Shown here piece after piece: positions 24,606 to 33,133 of a DNA stretch of 64,000 bases. The notes below the pieces were generated by a model that was not told the origin of the DNA, did no database searches, and saw only the letters and a list, made by a program, of their open reading frames with translations. The stretch spans positions 75,621 to 139,620 of the forward strand of contig JBNJFM010000001.1 of assembly GCA_051746865.1 (NCBI GenBank), in the 5' to 3' direction. The stretch's first letter is position 1; each line of letters opens with the position of its first letter. The position numbers and the translations under genes are program-made. The stretch comes from Pseudomonadota bacterium. GTDB taxonomy: Bacteria; Pseudomonadota; Gammaproteobacteria; Halothiobacillales; Halothiobacillaceae.

Positions 24606-25730
24606 ATGGATGCCATCAACGAGATTTCTCCGGGCTTTCTGACCGGCCACTGGGTATGGATCACCCAGGTCTTCCTCATCATCACGGTTTCCCTGTTGCT
24701 AAACTTCTCGCAGGGGCGCTTTCTGCGATGGTTGCACCGGCGGATGCGGGAGAAGGAAAACCGCTGGGCGGACTCGGTCGTCGACGCCCTCGCCCGGCCG
24801 CTGACACTGCTGATCTGGGTACTGGGCACCACGCTGGCCGCCGACGTGATCTTCCACGCCGCCCAGACGACCCTCTTCGAGTACGCCGGCGAGGCCCGCC
24901 GCGTGGGCGTAATCCTGTCCGTCGCTTGGTTCCTCACCCGCCTGATCCGCAACGGCGAGGAGACGATCCTGCAGACGGCTCGCGTCCGACCGGTGGAAGA
25001 ACAGCGCATCGACCAGCACACCGCCGAGGCGATCGGCAAGCTGTTGCGCGTGTCGGTGTTTGTCACCGCCACGCTGGTGATCCTGCAGACGCTGGGCTTC
25101 TCCATCTCCGGCGTGCTGGCCTTCGGTGGCCTGGGCGGCATCGTCATCGGCTGGGCGGCGCGGGATTTCGTCTCCAACTTCTTCGGCGGGCTGACCATCT
25201 ATCTCGATCGTCCCTTCCACGTGGGCGACTGGGTGCGCTCGCCCGACCGCGAGATCGAGGGCACCGTCGAGGAGATCGGCTGGCGCCAGACCCGCATCCG
25301 CAAGTTCGACAAGCGCCCCATCTACGTGCCCAACTCCACCTTCACCACCATCGCGCTGGAGAACCCCTCGCGGATGACGCATCGCCGCATCTACGAAAAC
25401 GTCGGCATCCGATACGCCGACATCGACGCCATGGAGGCGATCACTCGCGACGTGGAGGCGATGCTGTGGGAGCATCCGGACATCGCCGAGGATCAGACCA
25501 TGATCGTGAATTTCAATGCCTTCTCGGCCTCGTCGATCGACTTCATGCTCTACACCTTCACGAAGACCGTGAACTGGATCGAGTACCACCGCGTCAAGCA
25601 CGACGTGCTGCTCAAGGTCGCCGAGATCATCGCCTCGCACGGTGCCGAGATCGCCTACCCTACCCGCACGCTGCACATCGAGAACGATTCGGCCGGGACG
25701 GAGCCGATCACCCTGCCGGCCGATCGGTAG
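24606..25730 (+). CDS. MscS-family mechanosensitive channel
   Basis: TM helices followed by FRVGDWV-type beta domain (PFHVGDWVRSPDREIEGTVEEIGWRQTRIRKFDKRPIYVPNS). Confidence 0.8.
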   Translation: MDAINEISPGFLTGHWVWITQVFLIITVSLLLNFSQGRFLRWLHRRMREKENRWADSVVDALARPLTLLIWVLGTTLAADVIFHAAQTTLFEYAGEARRVGVILSVAWFLTRLIRNGEETILQTARVRPVEEQRIDQHTAEAIGKLLRVSVFVTATLVILQTLGFSISGVLAFGGLGGIVIGWAARDFVSNFFGGLTIYLDRPFHVGDWVRSPDREIEGTVEEIGWRQTRIRKFDKRPIYVPNSTFTTIALENPSRMTHRRIYENVGIRYADIDAMEAITRDVEAMLWEHPDIAEDQTMIVNFNAFSASSIDFMLYTFTKTVNWIEYHRVKHDVLLKVAEIIASHGAEIAYPTRTLHIENDSAGTEPITLPADR

Positions 25731-25806
25731 CCCGGCGCTGCATCCGTTTCTCGCCGCGTGCTAGGCTCTCGCGTCCGTCGCGTATTGCGGCGTTCCCCAC
25801 TTCACG

Positions 25807-26718
25807 ATGGAGAACACGATGACCTCCCGTCCGCACGTCGATCGCACACTGATTGCCCTGCTGGTCACCGCTCTGGTGGCCGCCATGTCCGTGGGCACCG
25901 CCGAGGCCAAGCGCTTTGGTGGCGGCAAGAGCTTCGGCTTCCAGGGCCAGAAAAGCTCGCAGACCACCAGTCAGCGCCAGTCCGCCACCGATCAGAAGGC
26001 CACCCGCAGCCCGGGCGCCGGCATGGGTGGCATGCTCGCCGGCCTGGCAGCCGGCGGCCTGCTGGCCTGGCTGTTCATGGGCGGCGCGTTCGAGGGCATC
26101 CAGCCGATGGACCTGCTGGTGCTGGTCCTGCTTGGCGTGGGCGTGTTCCTGCTGATCCGTCACCTGCGTGGCGGCGGGCGTCGCCCTGCCCTGGCAGGCA
26201 TCCCGGGCCAGGGCGGCGCGGCGCGCGATAACAGCCAGCAGCGCGAATCGCTGTTCCCGCAAGGGGGCTCGGGCCATGGCGCGCCGCGGCCCGGCTCGGT
26301 CATGGCCGAGCTCGGCTTTTCCGGTCAGGCGTCGTACCAGCCGCCGTCGTGGTTCGACGAGGAACGCTTCCTCGGCGCGGCCCGTACCCACTTCACCAAC
26401 CTGCAACTGGCTTGGGACGCCAATCGCATGGACGAGGTGCGCGAGTTCGTCACGCCGGATCTGTTCCGTGAACTGGTACGCGAGCGGGCGGCCATCGGGG
26501 ATGCCGAGAATGTCACCGAGGTGCTCGGCCTCGATGCCACGCTCGAAGACCTCGGCGAGGAAGACGGCGACATCGTCGCCTCCGTGCGCTTTGTCGGCCG
26601 GGTACGCGAGCAGGCCGGCAGCAAACCGACAGCGCTGGACGAGACCTGGCTGGTGCGTCGCAATCTTGCCGACGGGAACGCCAACTGGCTGATCGCCGGG
26701 ATCCGTCAGAACGGCTAA
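25807..26718 (+). CDS. Tim44-like domain membrane protein
   Basis: Signal/TM segment, Gly-rich linker, second TM, and a C-terminal Tim44-like domain (FLGAARTHFTNLQLAWD...WLIAGIRQ). An alternative ATG at 25819 lies behind GGAG. Confidence 0.7.
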   Translation: MENTMTSRPHVDRTLIALLVTALVAAMSVGTAEAKRFGGGKSFGFQGQKSSQTTSQRQSATDQKATRSPGAGMGGMLAGLAAGGLLAWLFMGGAFEGIQPMDLLVLVLLGVGVFLLIRHLRGGGRRPALAGIPGQGGAARDNSQQRESLFPQGGSGHGAPRPGSVMAELGFSGQASYQPPSWFDEERFLGAARTHFTNLQLAWDANRMDEVREFVTPDLFRELVRERAAIGDAENVTEVLGLDATLEDLGEEDGDIVASVRFVGRVREQAGSKPTALDETWLVRRNLADGNANWLIAGIRQNG

Positions 26719-26746
26719 CGGAAGCCGGAACCGACCGGGAAAAGAC

Positions 26747-26782
26747 GAACCCCGCGGATCCATCGATTCGCGGGGTTTATTC
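26747..26782 (+). terminator. Rho-independent terminator after the Tim44-like gene
   Basis: GAACCCCGCG-N12-CGCGGGGTT followed by TATT. Confidence 0.6.
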
Positions 26783-26969
26783 CATCTCCGGGCGGGGATG
26801 ACATGTCCGATGACGACCGGGAAAGGCCCGCAGGAACCACATGCCACTGACGGTCTGGCGGGTCGTTCGTGACAAGGGCCGAGGAATCATCCTTCCGCTG
26901 CGCACGCCCGCCTTGCATCTGCCCGGCTGACGGCGAGCCTGAGCGGTGGGCGGATTCGTGCAGGCCTTT

Positions 26970-27308
26970 TCAGGCAAAGAACGATTCCTGCGCCAGCGCT
27001 TTCATCACCTCGGTCAGGTTCGCCTGGGCATTGTCGACCACCGCCACCATGCTCGACACCCCGCATACCGTGCGCTGATCGCCATGGACGATCCAGCCGT
27101 TGGCCGGGGTCCAGCCCGGCTCGTTGACGAACATCGCCAGCTGATCGGCGTGCCCCTGGGTCATGCGTTTGAAATCCAGCGCCAGGCGGGTCAGCCGACG
27201 GGCGTCGGTGTCCGAAAGCTCGCCGTGTACCTGCCACGGCTCACCGGACTCCTCGCGAAAATGGGCGACGGCCTGCACGCCCCTGATATCGAGCAGTTGC
27301 TTGAGCAT
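26970..27308 (-). CDS. DUF2173-like small protein (Roadblock/LC7-like pattern), paralog a
   Basis: 112 aa. RBS GAGGAGG. Shares the pattern GV.A...F...G....G.L...........A.....M.......GF.P..GW...G....C.......V.DN with the two upstream paralogs. Confidence 0.7.
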   Translation of the reverse strand: MLKQLLDIRGVQAVAHFREESGEPWQVHGELSDTDARRLTRLALDFKRMTQGHADQLAMFVNEPGWTPANGWIVHGDQRTVCGVSSMVAVVDNAQANLTEVMKALAQESFFA

Positions 27309-27318
27309 GACATCCTCC

Positions 27319-27657
27319 TCACCCCGCCAGGGCCTCGTAGGCGGCGTCGAAATCGGCCTTGTCGTTGGACAGCACCACGCCCTGGCGGCCACGGGAAACC
27401 GCCGACCAATCCAGCCCAACGAAGGTGAATCCCTCCACGGGATAGAAGCCCTTGACGTCGCTCATGCTTTCCCAGCCACGCGCCTGCATGGCGCCGATGG
27501 CCGTGTTTGCCACACACAAGTGGCCGAGCAGATCGAGCGTATCCCGATCGATCACCACGTCGTCGGTGATCACCGCGTCCTCGAGTCGCCCTTGGTCATC
27601 GAACTGGAAGGCCGCGACGGCACCGGGCATCGAACTGAGTGTCTTGAGATCGGACAT
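27319..27657 (-). CDS. DUF2173-like small protein, paralog b
   Basis: 112 aa from the ATG at 27657, with AGGAGGA 6 nt upstream. Paralogous to the neighbouring genes. Confidence 0.7.
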   Translation of the reverse strand: MSDLKTLSSMPGAVAAFQFDDQGRLEDAVITDDVVIDRDTLDLLGHLCVANTAIGAMQARGWESMSDVKGFYPVEGFTFVGLDWSAVSRGRQGVVLSNDKADFDAAYEALAG

Positions 27658-27695
27658 GGTCATTCCTCCTCTGTGGGACGGATCGCCCGCAGGTG

Positions 27696-28076
27696 TCAAC
27701 TCAGAGCATCAGGCGCGTCGGCCAGACGTTCGCGCATCAGCCCCAGCACCTTCGTCAGCGAGGCCCGTTCATTGTCGAGCACGCAGTAGACGTTGGAGAT
27801 CACGCAGACACTGCGTGACGCGCCGTGCATCACCCACCCCTTGGTGGGCTCGAAACCACAACCACCTGCACCTGGTTGGCAGACACGAGAGAACAGCGCC
27901 AGCATGTCACCCTCCATCCGCATCGCGGCCGCATTCGCCCGACAGACAGACGAGATAAGCCGGGTTTCCGCTTCGGACAGATCGCCCTTGTGGTGGTAGT
28001 ACTGGTCACCCCGGTAGGCGAAGTCGCCCGCCGCCACGACCCCGGGCTGGCCCATCAGTTCGGATACGACACTCAT
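27696..28076 (-). CDS. DUF2173-like small protein, paralog c
   Basis: 126 aa and more Cys-rich (CRAN, CQPGAGGCGF, VCVISNVYC). Paralogous to a and b. Confidence 0.7.
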   Translation of the reverse strand: MSVVSELMGQPGVVAAGDFAYRGDQYYHHKGDLSEAETRLISSVCRANAAAMRMEGDMLALFSRVCQPGAGGCGFEPTKGWVMHGASRSVCVISNVYCVLDNERASLTKVLGLMRERLADAPDALS

Positions 28077-28094
28077 GATTCCTGCCCCCGAATC

Positions 28095-28123
28095 AATTAG
28101 CTTTCAGTACGTTGTTTAGTAAA
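28095..28123 (-). promoter_or_regulatory. candidate sigma70-type promoter for the DUF2173 trio
   Basis: Minus strand: TTTACT-N17-CTAATT in a locally AT-rich patch. The -10 element ends 18 nt before the ATG at 28076, so the leader would be very short. Confidence 0.3.
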
Positions 28124-28192
28124 CATCGGCGGACACGGCCATAGTGTTTTCTTGTCTCACCGACAACCAGTTTATGCACGCCGGGCGCCGGG

Positions 28193-30241
28193 TCACACCA
28201 GGTCCCGGGGTATCCGCCGGTTCCAGTTCTCCGAGAACACCCGCGTGTCGCCCTCCCAGGCGTCCAGTTCGGCCCGCAGGAGGAAATGCGTCGGCGTGGA
28301 ACTCAGGTACGTTGCGGTCCGGATAGTGGCCCGCCAGTCGCCGCGTGAGAACTCCTTGCGTGTCGCGGTCTCGCCGGAGACCGACTCGAATTCTCCTCCC
28401 TGGCTGCGGTACCACTCGTTGGTCACCGAGCCGATGGTCAGGTCGAGTTCGTCGATCCGCCAGCGTCCGTCGTCCTTGATCACCTCGAGCTCGGAGGCGT
28501 CCGCCGCCAGATCCCGATGCACCAGCCAGTTGTGGTGCTCCGGCTCGATCAGTGTCTTTTGCATCGCCGGTGTGCCCTCGGGAGGACCGAATTCGCACAG
28601 GCGTTCGTCATCGAGCGTGTCGCGCCGGCAGGGAAGAACCAGCCTGCTCTCGGTGGGCACCACGGCCAGTTCCACCGGCTCCGGGGGCGGCCAGGCCAAC
28701 GGCCAGTACGAGGTGCTGATAGCCAGACGGATCCGGTGTCCGGCGGGAAACGATTGCGCCACGTAGTTCATGGGTACGCTTGCCGTGTACCTCCCGCCGA
28801 CCTCCAGTGCCTCGGGTGACTCGTCGCCATCGCGATGCGTCAGGTTCAGCAGGCCATAGGCGATCCGTGTCGCACTGCCGTCCGGAAGCACGTCCTCCAG
28901 CCGCACGCAGACCTGGGCGACGGGCCGGTCCGCCGACAGCGTGAGTTCCACCCGCGGTGCCCCGAGAATATTCATGGACTCGGCCAGAGGCTCGGAGGTG
29001 TAGAGCAGCGCCCCACCGTCTTCTTCCCGCTGGTCGTGGGGGAGATCGGGAGCCGAGGCATAGGAGCACCACTTCCCGGCAAACAGCCCGACACTCAGGG
29101 GCGATTGCATGCGATCCACGGTCGGCTCGACATCGGCCCGGCGCTCATCGGGCATCAGGAGGCGATACCGCGCCATGGCAAGCGCGCGCTCACGGACATT
29201 GGCGGAAGGCCAGGTGTCCTCGACCACCCATCTCCCCGGACGGACCTTGTACTGGGTGGACGGCGGCACGCTGTCCTGCATCCAAGCCCGCAGCAGAGGA
29301 TCCTTCTCCACGCCGTTGTCCTTTCCCTTGAGCCAGTGATCGAACCAGCGCAACACGTGCTGCAGGAAACCGATTGCCGGGCCCGGCTCCCCCATGTGTG
29401 GGTACTTGTGGCCCCAGGGACCCACCAACCCCTGCCGGGGGACATCGAGGTGCTCGAGCAGGCGAAAGACCGCGTTGGTGTAGCCGTCGGTCCAGCCACT
29501 GACCGCCATGACCGGGCAACGGATGGCCGAGTAGTCCTCGCAGACGGACGCCCGCTTCCAGAATTCGTCCCGGTGCTGGTGTCGCAGCCAGATATCCAGC
29601 CATACCCCGCTTTCGGCCAGACGGCGCAACCACATCTCCCGCCAGTCGTCTCCAACGATGGCCGGGTCGGGAGGGCAACTGGTATGGCCGAACATTGTGG
29701 TCGACTCGGAGAGGTTGTCCGCGAGGAGACAGCCGCCCATGTAGTGCATGTTGTCGGCGTACAGGTCGTCGGTGGCACAGGCGGCCACGATGGCCTTGAG
29801 GGCCGGCGGCTGTCGAGCGGCGATCTGCAAGGCGTTGAAGCCGCCCCAGGAAATGCCAAACATGCCGACGTTGCCATCGCACCAGGTTTGGGCGGACGCC
29901 CAGGCAATCGCCGCGACACCGTCGTCCTGCTCCTGGTCGAGATACTGGTCGCGCAGCACGCCGTCCGAGTCCCCGCTCCCTCGCAGGTCCACCCGCAGGC
30001 AAGCGTACCCATGTCCAGCGAGATAGGGATGATTGATCTCGTCGCGTTCGCGCGTGATGTCGCGCTTTCGGTACGGAATGTACTCGATCAGCGCGGGGAC
30101 CGGGGCATCGTCGGCATCTTCGGGCAACCACAGGCGCGCCGCCAGGCGGTCGCCGTCAGGCAGCGGAATCCAGATGTTCTCGATGTGACGCACGGCACAA
30201 GGCAGCTGGTCGGGGTCGACGTGGTGCAAAGGAGCTGTCAT
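28193..30241 (-). CDS. CocE/NonD-family (peptidase S15, X-Pro dipeptidyl-peptidase-like) alpha/beta hydrolase, copy 1
   Basis: Starts at MTAPLHHVD... (ATG 30241), which aligns with the N-terminus of the paralog at 35349..37373. Nucleophile elbow GISWGG, DLRGSGDSDG, C-terminal beta-sandwich. It occupies the 3' two-thirds of the artefactual 1119-aa ORF. Confidence 0.85.
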   Translation of the reverse strand: MTAPLHHVDPDQLPCAVRHIENIWIPLPDGDRLAARLWLPEDADDAPVPALIEYIPYRKRDITRERDEINHPYLAGHGYACLRVDLRGSGDSDGVLRDQYLDQEQDDGVAAIAWASAQTWCDGNVGMFGISWGGFNALQIAARQPPALKAIVAACATDDLYADNMHYMGGCLLADNLSESTTMFGHTSCPPDPAIVGDDWREMWLRRLAESGVWLDIWLRHQHRDEFWKRASVCEDYSAIRCPVMAVSGWTDGYTNAVFRLLEHLDVPRQGLVGPWGHKYPHMGEPGPAIGFLQHVLRWFDHWLKGKDNGVEKDPLLRAWMQDSVPPSTQYKVRPGRWVVEDTWPSANVRERALAMARYRLLMPDERRADVEPTVDRMQSPLSVGLFAGKWCSYASAPDLPHDQREEDGGALLYTSEPLAESMNILGAPRVELTLSADRPVAQVCVRLEDVLPDGSATRIAYGLLNLTHRDGDESPEALEVGGRYTASVPMNYVAQSFPAGHRIRLAISTSYWPLAWPPPEPVELAVVPTESRLVLPCRRDTLDDERLCEFGPPEGTPAMQKTLIEPEHHNWLVHRDLAADASELEVIKDDGRWRIDELDLTIGSVTNEWYRSQGGEFESVSGETATRKEFSRGDWRATIRTATYLSSTPTHFLLRAELDAWEGDTRVFSENWNRRIPRDLV

Positions 30242-31552
30242 CAGTCGTGACCTCCCTGCTCTCGTTGGTGGGAAACGGGTTCGAAGCGGAACGGCAGCAG
30301 CCGTTTGGCCTGCTCGAACTTGCGATTGAGATCGGACACGTCGTCGCCACCGATGACCAACTCGGCCAGCACCCAGCTGTAGGCATCCTGGTCGACCGTC
30401 TCGCCCAGACGCATACCCTGGTGGATCTTGATCTCGACATGGGTGTCCGGCTGGCATTCGGCCAATCGCGCGAGGTCCGCCTCGTCGGGCGCCGACAGAC
30501 AGAGCGCATCGCTGACATCGAAACGGCGATAGAGATACTTGGCCGCCATATCGTAGGGGCCGCCCCCATGTTCGAAGGCCGGCTCGTCGTCCAGCGCCAC
30601 GTGAATGGCCACCTCGTAGTTCGACATGCCGTCGACCATCGCCATCATCGCGCTGTGGGACTGGGAAAGGCGGGCGTTGAACTCGATCAGCTGCAGCTCG
30701 TCCGTGTCCCGCGACATTGAAGCAGCCGTCGTCGTATCCGATGGCCTGGACGAACCGCTCGACCGCCTTCCCGGCCCGCTCCTGGACCCGGCGGGGATGG
30801 ATCGAGGGATAGCGGTAATCCTTGAAGCTCTTGTGGTTCGGGGCGCGCACCATGTCGATCACACCGTGGACGGCGACCTTGCCGTTGCGGACCGAGCCTT
30901 CCGGCGCGAACTCCACGCCTCCCATCAGCGCCTCGGCGATCATGTGATTGCCGCCCACGCCACCCAAATCCGAGGTATCGACACGCTCGAGCACGGCATT
31001 GAACGGCTTGCCGAACCGGGGAAGCCGCTCGCGCGCGAATCCGATGGCCTCGTGGAAATCGCGCTCGTCGTTGATGCGAAAGCCGAGGGTCGAGGAATAG
31101 CCACATACCGGCTTGATCCAGAAAGGAAAATCGATGCTGACCTCGCTGAGCGGATCGTCCGAGAAGGGATCCACCGCGCAGAACGGGGGCGTGAATTCGG
31201 GCAGGACACGTCGCTGTTCCAGGCGCCCCCAGTACTTGTGGGCACAGCGAAGCACGGCATTCAGGGATGGCGAGGGAAGTCCGAAGCGCTCGCAGAGAAT
31301 GGCGCCGACCGCCGTGACCGGGAAGTCCCAGTAGCCGATGATCGCGTCGATCGGCCCGTCGAACGCATCCAGGACAGCCTGAGCCTTGTCGATCATGACA
31401 TCCACGTCACGATCGACACTCACCTCCTCGCGCTCCAGCAGACCGTGAAAGCGGAACCGTTCCCGGTCGGGAATCATCTCGAGGTCGCGAAGATGCACCG
31501 CGTCCAGCCCGATGACGAAGACATTGCGACGTCGGCCGGCTCCGCCGGTCAT
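30241..31552 (-). pseudogene. ATP-grasp ligase, copy 1, interrupted by a +1 frameshift near 30708..30710
   Basis: The N-terminal ~280 aa are in the frame of ORF 28193..31552 (MTGGAGRRRNVFVIGLD...GYDDGCFNV). The C-terminal ~155 aa are in ORF 30241..30717 (..DTDELQLIEFNARLSQSHS...). Both halves align with the intact paralog at 37370..38683. The length is 1312 nt, which is not a multiple of 3. Confidence 0.7.
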
Positions 31553-31593
31553 GACGCCACGCCAACGGCCGGATGATTGAACCGAGCATCCAT
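31549..31593 (-). CDS. 14-codon upstream ORF (MDARFNHPAVGVAS) coupled to ATP-grasp copy 1
   Basis: Strong SD AAGGGAGG lies 7 nt before the ATG at 31593. Its TGA overlaps the ATP-grasp ATG (ATGA). The ATP-grasp gene itself lacks a good SD. Confidence 0.25.
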   Translation of the reverse strand: MDARFNHPAVGVAS

Positions 31594-31678
31594 CCCGAAA
31601 CCTCCCTTTCGACTGCTCACTCCATAGAGTAGGCCGGGGAGCGTCGGGGTGCAGAAACGCCCCGGTCGGCCGGATGGG

Positions 31679-32404
31679 TCAGCGAGCCTGGAGGCAGTCG
31701 ATCAGCCGTCGCGCATCGGCCGGTGCTTGGGCCTCGGCATCGTTGTCGAAGTAGCCGTAGACCGACTTCCCCTCGCGCTGCCAGGCGTCGATGGCGCTGG
31801 CCCATTCGTCCAGGGCGGCATGATCGTACCGGCCTCGATACGCTCCATCCGCCCCGTGCCAGCGCAGGTAGACGAAATCCGCCGTGGTCGTGAGCGGCGT
31901 CGTCCGGCGGTCGAGATCGAAGATGCAGAACGCGGCCCCGTGCTCGCGCAGAAGATCGGCCACCTCGTCGGTCCACCAGCTCTCGTCACGGAATTCGAAC
32001 ACGTAGCGGTAACCGGCCGGCAGGGCCTTCAGGAATCCGGCTAGCCGGTCGGGATCGGCGTGCCAGCGCGGCGGGAGCTGGAACAGCACTGGCCCGAGCC
32101 GGTCAGCCAGTCGGTCGATAGCCTCGAAGAACCGCCCGGCGCTCCGGTCGGGGTCCTTGAGCTTCTTCATGTGGGTAATGTAGCGACTGGCCTTGACCGC
32201 GAAGCGGAACGATTCCGGCACGGCATCCCGCCAGGCCTCCAGGGTGCCCTCCCCGGGCAGCCGGTAGAAGGTCGCGTTGATTTCCACGGTGGAGAAGCGC
32301 TCGGCGTAGTACGCCAGCCACTGGCTCGCGGGGAGCCCGTGCGGATAGAAGGCCTCCTTCCAGTGCGGGTAGTTCCAGCCCGATGTGCCGATCCGTACCG
32401 TCAT
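31679..32404 (-). CDS. DUF72 family protein
   Basis: MTVRIGTSGWNYPHWKEAFYP...YAERFSTVEINATFYRLP...FAVKASRYITH is the classic DUF72 signature. Confidence 0.85.
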   Translation of the reverse strand: MTVRIGTSGWNYPHWKEAFYPHGLPASQWLAYYAERFSTVEINATFYRLPGEGTLEAWRDAVPESFRFAVKASRYITHMKKLKDPDRSAGRFFEAIDRLADRLGPVLFQLPPRWHADPDRLAGFLKALPAGYRYVFEFRDESWWTDEVADLLREHGAAFCIFDLDRRTTPLTTTADFVYLRWHGADGAYRGRYDHAALDEWASAIDAWQREGKSVYGYFDNDAEAQAPADARRLIDCLQAR

Positions 32405-32557
32405 GATCTCTCCTCCGTCCCCGGTCGTGCCGAACCGCCTCCCGGGTTCGTCCCGATCTCACCGGAGACTAGCCCATGACCCGCGGCCTCCCTCTTGAAA
32501 CGGGCGGCCGGCAACCCTAATTCCCGATCCCCCGGCATCACGATGGAGGGTTCCCGA

Positions 32558-33130
32558 ATGAGCCGCATTCACCTGCGCCGTAGCCGACGCCAATCGGACC
32601 TGCGTCGCTACTGGGGCGTGATGAGCGTCTCGGAGCGCTTCGAGCAGATCATCGCGTCGATCCTCGGCGTCGTCATCGCCGGGGTGATCGTGCTGGCGCT
32701 GTGGGAACTCCTGCGGCTGGTCGCCGAGACACTGTTGCTGCAACACCGGAACGTGCTGGATCACCGGGTGTTCCAGAACCTGTTCGGCGCGATTCTCACC
32801 CTGCTGATCGCGATGGAATTCCAGCATTCGATCATCAAGGTCATTGAAAGGCGCGAACACATCATTCAGACCAAGATCGTGGTGCTGATCGCCCTGCTTG
32901 CCCTGGCACGGAAGTTCATCATCCTCGATACCGGGACCACCTCGCCGATGATGATCCTGTCGCTCTCCGTCGGCGTGCTGGTGCTCGGCCTCGTCTATTG
33001 GCTGATCGAACAGCGCGATGCCGTCGCCCGTGACGACGTAGCGCCGGCCCTACCCGAGGAGAAAGCGGGTTCCCGCCCATCACCCGCATCGGACACACCA
33101 CTGGAAGACAGGACGAATCCGGGACGCTGA
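32558..33130 (+). CDS. psiE: PsiE-like (phosphate-starvation-inducible E family) membrane protein
   Basis: Four TM helices with LLIAMEF...IVVLIALLALARKFIILD, typical of the PsiE family. The ATG at 32558 follows GGAGGG. Confidence 0.6.
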   Translation: MSRIHLRRSRRQSDLRRYWGVMSVSERFEQIIASILGVVIAGVIVLALWELLRLVAETLLLQHRNVLDHRVFQNLFGAILTLLIAMEFQHSIIKVIERREHIIQTKIVVLIALLALARKFIILDTGTTSPMMILSLSVGVLVLGLVYWLIEQRDAVARDDVAPALPEEKAGSRPSPASDTPLEDRTNPGR

Positions 33131-33133
33131 CCG

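Noticed and set aside
28193-31552. The 1119-aa ORF read as a genuine ATP-grasp-hydrolase fusion protein.
   Set aside because: In that frame, the ~155 aa between about 30241 and 30710 are Arg/Gly/Pro-rich junk (AGHGRAAADRVQRPPFPVPQRDDGDGRR...). The +1 frame over the same DNA (ORF 30241..30717) aligns residue-for-residue with the C-terminal half of the intact paralog at 37370..38683. The hydrolase also has its own ATG at 30241, aligned with its paralog's N-terminus. The long ORF is a frameshift plus a high-GC open shadow frame.
31549-31593. The 14-codon uORF as a graspetide/RiPP precursor for the ATP-grasp enzyme.
   Set aside because: It is far too short for a leader-plus-core peptide. It also lacks the Thr/Ser plus Asp/Glu (or Lys) residue pairs needed for ATP-grasp macrocyclisation. 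It is kept only as a possible coupling or leader ORF.
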